A stretch of DNA of 64,000 nucleotides. It comes from a virus (lineage: Duplodnaviria; Heunggongvirae; Uroviricota; Caudoviricetes). Where the stretch lies: IMG/VR virus record IMGVR_UViG_3300031993_000021; one strand, 5' to 3'. The position numbers were made by a program, and so were the translations under genes. Below are positions 19,173 to 28,773 of this stretch, piece by piece (the first letter of the stretch is position 1; every line of letters begins with the position of its first letter). The notes under the pieces are model-generated. The model saw nothing but the letters and a program-made list of their open reading frames with translations. It had not been told where the DNA came from and searched no databases.

Positions 19173-20696
19173 GTGGGATTATATGAAAATACACAAGATG
19201 GATTAAAACTTATAGCGGGTTCGACTCTATATGCAGATTTAGCTGTGGGTTCGATTATACCTTTTGGTGGTTCTGTGATACCTACATCTTTCCTTCTTTG
19301 TGATGGAAGTGCTATAAGTAGAACAGGATATGCAGAGCTGTTTGCAGCTATAGGAACAGCATTTGGCACAGGTGATGGAAGTACAACGTTTAATCTTCCT
19401 GATCTAAGAGAGTCCGTACCAAAGGGTGCAGGAGAGACAGGACAGACAGTTGGCGCTCATGTAAAGAGCGGTGGTCTTGCTGTCGGTGAGTTCTTGGATG
19501 ATAGAATACAAGACCATACGCATGAGCTTTCAGAAACACCTAATTTTTCTTATTTAACTGGTGAGGGAAACTATAAAGTTGTTCCTGTTTCTAGTGGTTC
19601 TACTCCAACTGGTACAGTCTCAAACACTTATAGATATGGTGCTACCACCGAAGTCAAATCAGTAGGTGTCAACTACATCATCAAAGCAAAACCGGTTGCA
19701 GTTCCAGCTGATTTCATCGATGCAGCAGAAGATTATATCGATGGAAAGTTAGCTGATAAGCAGTCAACATACGCAGCTGATTCTACAAAATGGGATGCAG
19801 CACCTACCACAGGAAGCACAAAGCCTGTCATAAGTGATGGAATAAAGACACAGTTTGATTTAGTACATAATGAGCTTTCTGATGTAAATAATATCCTTGG
19901 TTCAAAGAATATCCTGCCAAACAGTGCTACAACACAGGTAATAAATGGTATCACATATACTGTTGCAGCTGATGGTAGTGTAAATGTAAACGGAACAGCT
20001 ACGGCTGATTCTATTTTGCATATTATTCCTGGAACGATAGGAAAGCTTAGCAATATATTCTCCAAGGGTGGAAATTATATTATCTCCGCAGGAACAACAG
20101 GAACAGGAGTTGATGTTTTCTTTGGTCTTGAGTACACAGGCACAACTTGGGATATTGGAGAATGGCTTAAATATACAACGCAGCTCTCAAAGGAAATATA
20201 TATTGACGGAACGAAATTAAATAACAGTTCATCCTATATAGAGAGCTATATAAAGGTAAATAGCGGAACTACAGTAAGTAACATCAAAGTATATCCTATG
20301 CTTAGACCGTCGTCGGTTAGGGATGATACATATGTTCCTTATAGCAAGACGAATTATGAACTTACTGAGGAAAATAAAGAACTTAGTTCGGAAATTAGCA
20401 ATTTTGCGCACACCGTGTCTGGCAATAAAGTTGATATAACACCATATAATTCAAGCTCTAATGCTTATACAGCGCAATCAGATGGATATTTATATCTAAA
20501 TAATCAGAACAACCCTAACTTGACAATATTGGTATATATCAATGACTCAGCGGGTTATTCAATCGGTGGATGTAGACATTTTTCGGGCGGAACAACGTTC
20601 CAAATAACATCCTTATATGTCAAAAAAGGACTTAAGCTTTACAGAGCCGATGGTTCAAGTGCAGGCGTTGCATGGTTTTTCCCGCTTGAATCCTAA
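19173..20696 (+). CDS. tail fiber / receptor-binding protein 3 with switchable C-terminus
   Basis: Homologous central domain to fiber 2 (NNILGSKNILP...GITYTVAADGSVNVNG, VYPMLRPSSVRDDTYVPYSKTN). The last 100 codons lie inside an apparent invertible segment. Confidence 0.6.
   Translation: MGLYENTQDGLKLIAGSTLYADLAVGSIIPFGGSVIPTSFLLCDGSAISRTGYAELFAAIGTAFGTGDGSTTFNLPDLRESVPKGAGETGQTVGAHVKSGGLAVGEFLDDRIQDHTHELSETPNFSYLTGEGNYKVVPVSSGSTPTGTVSNTYRYGATTEVKSVGVNYIIKAKPVAVPADFIDAAEDYIDGKLADKQSTYAADSTKWDAAPTTGSTKPVISDGIKTQFDLVHNELSDVNNILGSKNILPNSATTQVINGITYTVAADGSVNVNGTATADSILHIIPGTIGKLSNIFSKGGNYIISAGTTGTGVDVFFGLEYTGTTWDIGEWLKYTTQLSKEIYIDGTKLNNSSSYIESYIKVNSGTTVSNIKVYPMLRPSSVRDDTYVPYSKTNYELTEENKELSSEISNFAHTVSGNKVDITPYNSSSNAYTAQSDGYLYLNNQNNPNLTILVYINDSAGYSIGGCRHFSGGTTFQITSLYVKKGLKLYRADGSSAGVAWFFPLES
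20396..20411. repeat. left inverted repeat / putative recombinase crossover site (tAGCAATTTtGCGcAC)
   Basis: 14/16 nt identical to the reverse complement of 21072-21087; lies in frame within the fiber 3 codons ...S N F A... Confidence 0.45.
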
Positions 20697-20780
20697 ATTA
20701 ATAGAGTTCCTTTAATCGAATTTCGACGATAAATTTGCTATAAACAAAAATATTTAATAAGTAAACGAATTTGTTTAGCT

Positions 20781-21089
20781 TTAGATAGGCATAAGCGGAT
20801 AGAAGTAAGCTGTTCTATGGTCAGTTGTTCCGCCCAATTTAACTTTTAAGCCCTTTCGGATAAAGAGTGCTAAATAGGGTGTTGAATATAAGCCTGCATT
20901 TGGCGGTGAACTTACATTCAATACATCACGATTTGTATTTTCAATTTGCAACCAAGCATAACGACCTTGTGCATTATCAAACGTTATTGTAACGTAACCA
21001 TCACAAGGAATTTCGTGCCAATAACTGTCTGTCCAACTTGTGAACCCCGTTGTATCGAGCTTGTAAGATTGGTTCGCTAAATTGCTATA
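20781..21089 (-). other. silent alternative tail-fiber C-terminal cassette (102 codons, no start codon, no RBS)
   Basis: Minus-strand frame open from just after a stop at 21090-92 to the stop at 20781-83. It encodes YSNLANQSYKLDTTGF...CDGYVTITFDNAQ...LFIRKGLKVKLGGTTDHRTAYFYPLMPI, homologous to the fiber 3 C-terminus ...SDGYLYL...LYVKKGLKLYRADGSSAGVAWFFPLES. Confidence 0.55.
21072..21087. repeat. right inverted repeat / putative crossover site
   Basis: Reverse complement TATAGCAATTTAGCGAA matches 20396-20411; in frame with the cassette codons Y S N L A. Confidence 0.45.
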
Positions 21090-21291
21090 TTACGAAGATC
21101 TTAACTTGCTGGTAAGAGAATATATTATCTTTTAAAACGCAAAAAACGCTTATTTTAGGGAAAAGCTAACTTGCTTTTAATTTGCTGATATACCATTAGT
21201 AGGTATAAACAGTAACGCTGATGCTACGTGCAAAGGCTGTTGGTTTTTTAGATACATAAAGAATCTAAAATAGGAACTCAAATGATTTGAG

Positions 21292-22332
21292 TTGTTATTG
21301 AAAGAAATTAAACCTCCTGTCAATATAATGGCAGGAGGTGATTTTGTGGAAGAAGTAATAAACAAAATTGTAAATGCGATGGATGATTTAACTCCGGAGC
21401 AGATAAGGAAATTAAAGAATGTATTGGTTATAAATCTCAGCAACCGATATGAACAAAAGAACGAGGTTTGTACAAGCTTAAGTAGTTGGGAGATGCTATT
21501 AAATAATTATCTTGGCTGTAAAAAGCTTGAAAACTGTTCTAACGGTACGCTAAAGAACTATCAGAGAATTGTAAGGATTATGTATTCTCAGATAGGAAAA
21601 GATATTAGGGATATAACAGCTAATGATCTTAGATTGTTTATGGCAAGATACATTGAGCAGCGAAAGATTTCTACACGATATTCTGAGACGATAAGGCTTA
21701 CGCTTTGTGCGTTTTTTCAATGGTGTCAGAATGAGGAAATCATAACTGCGAACCCGGCTAGAAAGTTGCAAAGAATAAAGATTCCTAAAATGCTTAGAAA
21801 GCCCTACACAGCAGAGGAAAGGCTAAGGCTTACAAGAGCTGCTAAAAATATAAGGGACATAGCAATAATGGAAGTACTTTATAGTACAGCTGCTAGACTG
21901 GGTGAGATTTTAGCATTGAATATAGACGATATCAAATTTATTGGAAATAAAGCTGAAATCATCATCTACGGGCAAAAAGGCAAGGCAGAAAGAAAGGTAT
22001 ATCTTTCAGAAGAAAGTGTCTACTTTCTGAGAAGATACTTGGAATCAAGAACTGATAATGATCCAGCACTTTTTGTTTCTTTGCGTAAACCGCATAAGAG
22101 GATTGATGAAAGAGCTGTTCAGCGAATGATAAAGGATATAGGTGAAAGATGTGGAATTAAGGCACATCCTCACAAGTTTAGAAGAACACTCTTAACAGAC
22201 ATGAGTAAGCGTGGAGCAAGTATTCAGGATATTAAGGAATACGCCGGTCATGCAAAGATTGAAACGACTATGCTTTATGTTTCTGTTAATGAAGAATCGG
22301 TCAAAGCCGCATTTGATAGATTTATAAGTTGA
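21292..22332 (+). CDS. tyrosine recombinase (XerC/D / Rci-like), candidate fiber invertase
   Basis: N-terminal SAM-like core-binding domain; catalytic residues R (AARLGE), HxxR (HPHKFRRT) and Y (TTMLYVSV). Sits immediately next to the invertible fiber segment. The phage also carries a separate serine integrase. Confidence 0.7.
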   Translation: MLLKEIKPPVNIMAGGDFVEEVINKIVNAMDDLTPEQIRKLKNVLVINLSNRYEQKNEVCTSLSSWEMLLNNYLGCKKLENCSNGTLKNYQRIVRIMYSQIGKDIRDITANDLRLFMARYIEQRKISTRYSETIRLTLCAFFQWCQNEEIITANPARKLQRIKIPKMLRKPYTAEERLRLTRAAKNIRDIAIMEVLYSTAARLGEILALNIDDIKFIGNKAEIIIYGQKGKAERKVYLSEESVYFLRRYLESRTDNDPALFVSLRKPHKRIDERAVQRMIKDIGERCGIKAHPHKFRRTLLTDMSKRGASIQDIKEYAGHAKIETTMLYVSVNEESVKAAFDRFIS

Positions 22333-22432
22333 AAATACTAAAATATAGGCTTTTAGAAGCTGTCCGAGAGGATGGCTTATTTTGCGTGTATTTTTTTATA
22401 AACATTTATGAGAAGACGAAAGGAGAAGTATT

Positions 22433-22930
22433 ATGTTTAGACTTGTTGAAATCACAAGGAGTGCGGATAATGAAACTCAGGCACTAAGAGAGTATGCATC
22501 AGAGGTAGAAGCAAGTGGAGAATTGCATTACAGGCTTGGAACAGCAATGAAAGATGAAAACACTCAGGTAAAACTTCTTCTCTTGCTTAATAATATCGGT
22601 GAGGTTGTAGAAAGCGGAAGCCATTTTAAGACTCATGAAGTTGAAGAAGTAGTTGAAACTGAGAATGGCGAAACGGAGACAATCACCACTGAAGTAGAGT
22701 ATGAGGTTAGCCCAAGACTTATCGACGTAAAGGTAACAGACAGTGAAGTTGGTAATATTGCCAAATACGATACAAACCTCGATGTAGTAGCAAACTATCA
22801 TAGCAAGCTTGGTTCTGCTAAGAAAAACGCAGATGTAAAAGCAATTATGCTTAGAGGTATCGATGGCAAAGGAAACCAGCTTGAGTATACATATTGGGTT
22901 AGACCGGCAACCGTACCTAGTGAATCATAA
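22433..22930 (+). CDS. hypothetical acidic protein
   Basis: ORF with AGGAGAAG RBS. Confidence 0.35.
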   Translation: MFRLVEITRSADNETQALREYASEVEASGELHYRLGTAMKDENTQVKLLLLLNNIGEVVESGSHFKTHEVEEVVETENGETETITTEVEYEVSPRLIDVKVTDSEVGNIAKYDTNLDVVANYHSKLGSAKKNADVKAIMLRGIDGKGNQLEYTYWVRPATVPSES

Positions 22931-22943
22931 ATGAGGGCAGAAT

Positions 22944-23282
22944 ATGTTTACAACGGGACAGATTTGGGGCTTTTTAGTTGTACTTATAGGACTTATCCTT
23001 ACGATATTAAACATCATAGAGAAAGCAATCCTTCTTAAAGCAAGGTCGAAAGAACCACAGGCAAAATTAGAGAGCAGGATAGTGGCTCTTGAAACATGGA
23101 GATTAGAAGTGAACCAGAGACTTGATAAGGACGAAGAACACTTTGACAAGATTGATGAAGGAAACAAGGTGACGCAGCAGGCGCTTCTTGCGTTAATGGA
23201 TGCTGCCTTGTCGGATGATGGAAGCAAGGGTGAACTTAAATCAGCAAGAAAAGACTTATATGAATATCTGTCAAAGAAATAG
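22944..23282 (+). CDS. BhlA/UviB-like holin-type membrane protein
   Basis: Single N-terminal TM (IWGFLVVLIGLILTILNII) followed by coiled coil, as in BhlA-family proteins. Confidence 0.35.
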   Translation: MFTTGQIWGFLVVLIGLILTILNIIEKAILLKARSKEPQAKLESRIVALETWRLEVNQRLDKDEEHFDKIDEGNKVTQQALLALMDAALSDDGSKGELKSARKDLYEYLSKK

Positions 23283-23294
23283 AAAGGAGACACT

Positions 23295-23495
23295 ATGAAA
23301 CTTAGTGATTTTTTGGCTGCCTTAAAGAGTCCTAATGTGCAGGTTGTTGTAACTGACTTGCAGGATGTTGAAATATGTAAGATTTTTGCAACGTCTTACA
23401 CAGCACTTGATGAATCAGTAAGTGAAAGGACTATCAATAGATGGACCATTAACAGTGCAACGAATATAGGAATTGTGCTGAATGACGCAACATAA
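23295..23495 (+). CDS. hypothetical small protein
   Basis: ORF with AGGAGA RBS. Confidence 0.3.
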   Translation: MKLSDFLAALKSPNVQVVVTDLQDVEICKIFATSYTALDESVSERTINRWTINSATNIGIVLNDAT

Positions 23496-23612
23496 AACAT
23501 TGGACTTCGGTTCTAAATATGCTAGAATAGCATGGATGCTACCAAAAGCGGTAGGCGGTTGGCTCTTTGCCAGGTAAAACCTGAGAACTCCCTTGTTAAA
23601 AGGAGGTGTTTC

Positions 23613-23759
23613 ATGGGAAATCTGCTATGGAGCTTTGATGCTAAGACTATTGCTTATAACTTTGAGTATGGACTTAGTGATAATGGGGGCAATAATCTTC
23701 GTTATCGCAGTCATCTTAAAGTTCAAGAGATAAATTTTTCCATCAAAAAAGACCGCTGA
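23613..23759 (+). CDS. hypothetical small protein
   Basis: AAGGAGG RBS 7 nt upstream of the ATG at 23613. Confidence 0.3.
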   Translation: MGNLLWSFDAKTIAYNFEYGLSDNGGNNLRYRSHLKVQEINFSIKKDR

Positions 23760-24228
23760 ACACTTTGGACGAGTAGGAAGCGATCTTTTTTGATTGCAAC
23801 TATAAACCAGAGCTAACCGTCTATCGGTAGCATCTTTCTATAACATAATAACATAAATTAACCAAATAGCAAAATCTTTCCATAATGTTTGCAAACCAAA
23901 CTATCCCCCCATGATTGGTTTGCTCCTCCTCTAGGACATCTATGTTTCATCGCATAGGTGTCTTTTTTGTCTGCTAGGCAAAACGATTTCCTCTTACTAG
24001 GGCGTATGGTGGTCAAACATCATGCGCTCTTTTTCTTTATCTGCCAGGGTGAAGAACGCATTACAAAACCTCCGGGTGTGTATCTGTCAAAGGATATGCA
24101 CCTTATCTACGCTCAGATTTATTCTGGGCGTTTTTTATTGTCATAAAAAGAACCTGAGAGAACAGTAAACACGCCATGAGGTTAGAGAAAACCCCAACAA
24201 AAAACACGAAAAGGAGAACACAGAAGAT

Positions 24229-24879
24229 ATGAAGAACAAAGTCAGAACCAACGAATTGTTACCTATTAACTTGCAGTTTTTTGCCGAGGATGCAGCTGAA
24301 GGGGCAGATGAAAGCTCTGTATCGACGGACGGAGAAGGAAAATCTGAACCTGATGAAGGCGAACCATCCAAGAGTTATGAGGATGCGTTAAGTGAGATAG
24401 CAGCAGCTAAGGCAGAAGCTAAAAAGCTAAAGGCAGAAAGGGACGCAGCGCTTAAAAAGACGGGTGAAATTTCCAAACAGCTAAGAGCAAAGATGTCTGA
24501 GGATGAACTTAAGGCAGAACAGGATGCACAGGCTAAAGAGGAAAAAGAAGCTCATATCAAAGAGCTTGAGCAGTACAAGGCAGAGAATGAAGCACTTAAA
24601 CGCTATAGGCTTCAGGGCATGTCTGATGATCTTGCTACTAAGGCTGCAAAAGCTGAGATAGAGGGTGACATGGATGCACTTGCTGATGTTCAGAAACAGC
24701 ATACACAGTCTCTTATCAAAGCAAAAGAAGCTGAATGGAAAGCATCACGTCCACGCGTAAACGTTGGCGATGATGAAGATTCTTCAATGACAAAGGAAGA
24801 GATTTTAGCAATTCAGGACAGAAACGAACGTACACAGGCAATTGCTTCTCATCTTTCTTTGTTTACAAAAAAAGCATAA
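24229..24879 (+). CDS. scaffolding protein
   Basis: Acidic, Ala/Lys/Glu-rich coiled coil (AAAKAEAKKLKAERDAALKK); immediately upstream of the capsid gene. Confidence 0.55.
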   Translation: MKNKVRTNELLPINLQFFAEDAAEGADESSVSTDGEGKSEPDEGEPSKSYEDALSEIAAAKAEAKKLKAERDAALKKTGEISKQLRAKMSEDELKAEQDAQAKEEKEAHIKELEQYKAENEALKRYRLQGMSDDLATKAAKAEIEGDMDALADVQKQHTQSLIKAKEAEWKASRPRVNVGDDEDSSMTKEEILAIQDRNERTQAIASHLSLFTKKA

Positions 24880-24892
24880 AGGAGAAGAAAAA

Positions 24893-26065
24893 ATGGCAGC
24901 TGAAACTAATCTTATTAAGAAAGCCGACCTTGCTAAGGCAAGAGAGCTAGAGTTCGTTTATCGCTTCACCGACAGTATTAAGAAGCTCGTTGAGGCACTT
25001 GGAGTAACCAGAAAAGAAGCAAAGGTTGCAGGTACATACCTTAAGGCTTATAAGGCAACAGGTACTCTTCAGGATGGACTTGTTGCTGAGGGCGATATCA
25101 TTCCTCTTAGCCACTATAAGACTGTTCCTGTTAACTTCGGTGAGATTCCTTTCAAGAAATGGAGAAAGGCTACATCTGCTGAAGCTATCATCGAGAAAGG
25201 TTACAATCAGGCAGTTACAATGACTACTGATGAAATGCTCAAGGATGCTCAGAAGGGTATCAAGAAGTATTTCTTCAACTTCCTTTCACAGGGTACAGGA
25301 CTTGCATCCGGAACAACATTTCAGGCAACACTTGCAGCTATCTGGGGACAGTTACAGGTTCTCTTTGAGGATACAGAGATTGAGGCTGTATACTTCATGA
25401 ACCCTCTTGATGTTGCAGATTATCTTGGCTCTGCACAGATTACTGTTCAGCAGGTATTCGGAATGTCTTATGTTGAGAACTTCCTTGGACTTGGAACAGT
25501 TATTCTCAACTCAAATATTCCGAAGGGAACTATCTACGGAACAGCTAAGGAGAACTTGGTTCTTTACTTTGTTCCTGTAAACGGCGCTGATCTTGACGAA
25601 GTATTTGAGTTCACATCTGATGAGCTTGGCTACATCGGAATCCATGAGCTTCCTGATTACAAGACAATGACAGCTGAGGATGTTGTTGTATCAGGTATCG
25701 TTCTCTTTGCTGAGAGAATCGATGGTATTGTTGTTGGTGAGATTGGTGCTACTGTAGCACCTACAATCACAACTCCTGATGTTACAATTGATCCTACAAC
25801 ACATGTAGGAACATACACAATTCCTGTTGGCGGAAGAGACACTATCCATATTAAGGTTGCACCTTCCGGAACAGAGTTTACTGTTACATCTTCTGATACA
25901 TCTGAGGCAAAACTTAAGGTTGAGGATGGACTTCAGAATAATGACATTATCATTACAGGTATCGATAGCACAACTTCTGGTGGCACAGATACTCCTGTTA
26001 GAATTACATGCACTGCTGGCAGCACATCAATTTACATCGATGTAACTGTTTCAGCTAGTGCTTGA
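24893..26065 (+). CDS. major capsid protein with C-terminal bacterial Ig-like (Big_2-type) decoration domain
   Basis: GGAGAAGAAAAA RBS then ATG at 24893; capsid-like core; C-terminal Thr/Ser-rich beta-sandwich (TYTIPVGGRDTIHIKVAPSGTEFTVTSSDTSEAKLKV ... ITCTAGSTSIYIDVTVSA). Confidence 0.6.
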   Translation: MAAETNLIKKADLAKARELEFVYRFTDSIKKLVEALGVTRKEAKVAGTYLKAYKATGTLQDGLVAEGDIIPLSHYKTVPVNFGEIPFKKWRKATSAEAIIEKGYNQAVTMTTDEMLKDAQKGIKKYFFNFLSQGTGLASGTTFQATLAAIWGQLQVLFEDTEIEAVYFMNPLDVADYLGSAQITVQQVFGMSYVENFLGLGTVILNSNIPKGTIYGTAKENLVLYFVPVNGADLDEVFEFTSDELGYIGIHELPDYKTMTAEDVVVSGIVLFAERIDGIVVGEIGATVAPTITTPDVTIDPTTHVGTYTIPVGGRDTIHIKVAPSGTEFTVTSSDTSEAKLKVEDGLQNNDIIITGIDSTTSGGTDTPVRITCTAGSTSIYIDVTVSASA

Positions 26066-26085
26066 TAGAAAGAAGGGGAAGGCGT

Positions 26086-26436
26086 ATGCAGTATGAAGTA
26101 ATTAGATATTTTACTGATGCGCAGGATAACGAGTATGCTTACCGCGAGGGTGATATTTACCCTCGCGAGGGCTATACCGTTTCAGATGCGCGTATAAAGG
26201 ATCTGCTTAGCGGAAACAACTTTCAGAGAGTACCACTTATCAAGCGTGTGACAAACTCAAACGTTAAGAAAGAGAAGAAAGTTGAAGAAGCTAAGGAATA
26301 CACAGCTGAAGACATCATGAAGATGCCTTATATGAAGCTTAAATCTGTTGCAAGACAGAATAATGTCGATGTTAAGGATAGAGAAGCTGTTGAAATAAGA
26401 AATGAACTTATTGAGAAGTTGGGGTTAGGAACATGA
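26086..26436 (+). CDS. hypothetical head protein
   Basis: RBS GAAGGGGAAGG; ORF in the head module. Confidence 0.35.
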   Translation: MQYEVIRYFTDAQDNEYAYREGDIYPREGYTVSDARIKDLLSGNNFQRVPLIKRVTNSNVKKEKKVEEAKEYTAEDIMKMPYMKLKSVARQNNVDVKDREAVEIRNELIEKLGLGT

Positions 26437-26774
26437 CAAAGAACGAGATGCTTGATGAGATTTTCGAAAACTTAAAAGTGGAGATAAATGCGGATGATTC
26501 TCAATCTGACAAGGTAAATGAAACTCTTTTAAGATTGAAAGTCGAAGGAGCATATCGCGATGTCAAAAGGGCGAGGAATTATCCAAGTCACTATGCCGAA
26601 GCATGGGTTGAAAATGACATGCTAAATTATTATACCAACATAGAGGCAGTAGCCAGATATGACTACAATAAGGTAGGAGCTGAAGGGCAGTCTACGTATA
26701 GTGCTGACGGGACAAGCATTCAGTATCTTAGCAGAGACAGTCTTTTCAGGGGAGTATATCCTATCTCAAGATAA
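26433..26774 (+). CDS. putative head-tail connector (gp6-like)
   Basis: size and position; overlapping start. Confidence 0.35.
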   Translation: MTKNEMLDEIFENLKVEINADDSQSDKVNETLLRLKVEGAYRDVKRARNYPSHYAEAWVENDMLNYYTNIEAVARYDYNKVGAEGQSTYSADGTSIQYLSRDSLFRGVYPISR

Positions 26775-26785
26775 GGAGGGCGTTA

Positions 26786-27219
26786 TGAGAGTTGCAAGAC
26801 GAATAAAGCAGCGTATGTATTATGCACTTCTTATAGGAAAAGAACCTATCTATGAACGGGATGATAATGGAAATATCATATATAGAATTCATGCTGGCGA
26901 GAGAATTCCTGTAGAAACAGGTGAATTTAAGGATAAATATTCTGAGCCAATAATGTTCTTTAATTCAATCTCAGGACAGCTTACGGAAAATGAGTTACAG
27001 GCATTTGGAACGCAGAACATGGCAGATGCAAAGATGACTTACAAAAGAGGGCAGTATCCATTCAGAACCGGTACACTTATTTGGAAACAATCTGAGATTA
27101 AGTATATCGATGATGAGATAGATCCGTCATCTGCGGATTTTAGGGTTATGGGTGTTATGAATGAAGGACAGCTCTTTTGGAAGGCAATGATGCAAGCGGT
27201 ATCTAATAATGAAGGTTGA
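26786..27219 (+). CDS. putative head closure / head-tail joining protein
   Basis: AAGGAGGG RBS; position. Confidence 0.35.
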
Positions 27220-27775
27220 GCTATATCTTAATGAAAAAAGTGTAAATCATGCCATAGGACAGATAAAAGCATATCGCGACAGCTTGGCTGCAAAGAACGA
27301 ACAGTTTGTTTATGAACTGCTTAATATCGGTATAAATGTAGCTAAAGAAAGAGCGAGCCACAATGGATATGGACAGTATATTACTTTTTATAAAGAAGGG
27401 ACGGGCGGAATTACTACTATAGGTTATCTTGTAGGTGAAGATACTCAAAAGATAGTTACGCAGTGGCAATATGATAAAAAAGGTTCAATAAAAACTGCTG
27501 CAATCAGCCCTATTCTTTTTGCTGAATTTGGTAGCGCCAACTATGCAAGAGTTCCTTTTGACATAGATGGAGTTGGACAAGGTACTTTCCCCGGACAGAC
27601 ACATGCTTATGATGGTTCATGGTGGGTTAAGAAATTAGATCCAAGCACAGGAGAATATGTATGGACAAAGTGGAGCGGTGTAACGCCGACTCAGCCGATG
27701 TATCATGCAGAAATGAAAATGTATGAGCAGATTTACAACGTAGCGAGAAAGGTGTTTAGGACAGATGGTAGATGA
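27209..27775 (+). CDS. putative tail completion / neck protein
   Basis: position between the connector genes and the major tail gene. Confidence 0.3.
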   Translation: MKVELYLNEKSVNHAIGQIKAYRDSLAAKNEQFVYELLNIGINVAKERASHNGYGQYITFYKEGTGGITTIGYLVGEDTQKIVTQWQYDKKGSIKTAAISPILFAEFGSANYARVPFDIDGVGQGTFPGQTHAYDGSWWVKKLDPSTGEYVWTKWSGVTPTQPMYHAEMKMYEQIYNVARKVFRTDGR

Positions 27776-28202
27776 AACATGGTATGACAAGATTGAATCT
27801 TATATATTGACCATTCTTAAGTACGAGCTTGTACAGAAGTCTTCAGCGCCATTTCCGAAACTTACCTGTACTACTTCTAATCAGGAAGAATCGCTTGAAC
27901 TTGTTGGCGATTTCCCAACCATGTACGTACATATGTTATCTCCGTATGAAATTGGAAGGGATCTTACTAATGACAATGTAAATGGTATTAGTTGCACTTT
28001 TGAGCTTACTGTTTATTCAGATAAGTCAGAAAAAGAGTGCAGACAAATCATAACCGCAGGCATTCAGCAGATGAAGAAACTGCATTTTAATGTCGAAACG
28101 TTTCCTGATCCAAGAACATCAGACAAAAAGTATATTGCAATTACAAGGCTTAACAGAGTGATTGCAAGCGGTGATAAGGAATTAGTGCCGCAAGATGAAT
28201 GA
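27765..28202 (+). CDS. putative tail completion protein
   Basis: position; overlapping start. Confidence 0.3.
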   Translation: MVDETWYDKIESYILTILKYELVQKSSAPFPKLTCTTSNQEESLELVGDFPTMYVHMLSPYEIGRDLTNDNVNGISCTFELTVYSDKSEKECRQIITAGIQQMKKLHFNVETFPDPRTSDKKYIAITRLNRVIASGDKELVPQDE

Positions 28203-28234
28203 TTTAGCTCACATGAGCTTTTCATAGAAAAACA

Positions 28235-28258
28235 AAGAGAGGAGTAATCCTCTTTTTT
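28235..28258 (+). terminator. hairpin plus T-run between head-tail joining genes and major tail gene (attenuator?)
   Basis: AAGAGAGGA gtaa TCCTCTTTTTT. Confidence 0.35.
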
Positions 28259-28287
28259 AATGCCATTTTTGGCAGAAAGGAGAAAAT

Positions 28288-28773
28288 ATGGCAGTTCAAG
28301 AGGCAGGTCTGTCCACATTAGGAGTTAAATTTGGATACGCCGTTGAGACTGTTGCGGGAACACAGCCCTCAGCATTTACACAGCTTGAAAGATGTAATGC
28401 AATTGCTGGTATCGAGTTGTCTACAGAGACTATCGACGCTTCAGCTCTTGAAGATTACATCACCAAATATATCGCAGGTAGACAGGATTCAGGCGGTGAG
28501 TGGACAATCACATTCAACTACACAGCTGAAGTAGCAACACAGCTTCAGACAATGATCTCAGCTTATAACACAGCAAAGGCATCTAACCTTAAGACATGGT
28601 TTGAGGTTTGGATTCCTAATGCAACTAATGGTTTCTATGTAGTTGCACAGCCCCCTCAGAGACTTCCTATGCCGGAGTTCTCACAGAATGAGCTTCTGAC
28701 AATCGAAGTTGGATTCGCTGTTGAGGATTACAAGGGTGAGCTTACAGCAATTGAGCCGACAGCGGCGGGGTAA
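28288..28773 (+). CDS. major tail protein
   Basis: 161 aa, strong RBS AAAGGAGAAAAT; position upstream of the chaperone pair and tape measure. Confidence 0.6.
   Translation: MAVQEAGLSTLGVKFGYAVETVAGTQPSAFTQLERCNAIAGIELSTETIDASALEDYITKYIAGRQDSGGEWTITFNYTAEVATQLQTMISAYNTAKASNLKTWFEVWIPNATNGFYVVAQPPQRLPMPEFSQNELLTIEVGFAVEDYKGELTAIEPTAAG

Larger units (their letters stand above)
20396..21087. other. putative invertible DNA segment (tail-fiber C-terminus switch, shufflon/G-segment-like)
   Basis: Bounded by inverted repeats. Contains the expressed 3' end of fiber 3 and a convergent, start-less homologous cassette. Confidence 0.5.

Noticed and set aside
20440-21065. CAAGCTC / GAGCTTG 7-nt inverted match as the inversion crossover
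   Set aside because: The two copies sit in different codon phases, so recombination there would frameshift the fiber. The in-frame 16-nt site at 20396/21072 fits better.
15209-22332. Diversity-generating retroelement as source of fiber variability
   Set aside because: No reverse transcriptase ORF and no template/variable repeat pair seen. The variability mechanism visible here is DNA inversion with a tyrosine recombinase.
23760-24228. 470-bp noncoding gap before scaffold gene as an ncRNA gene
   Set aside because: No recognisable structure or repeat. More likely the late promoter and leader. Noted only as part of the insertion boundary.
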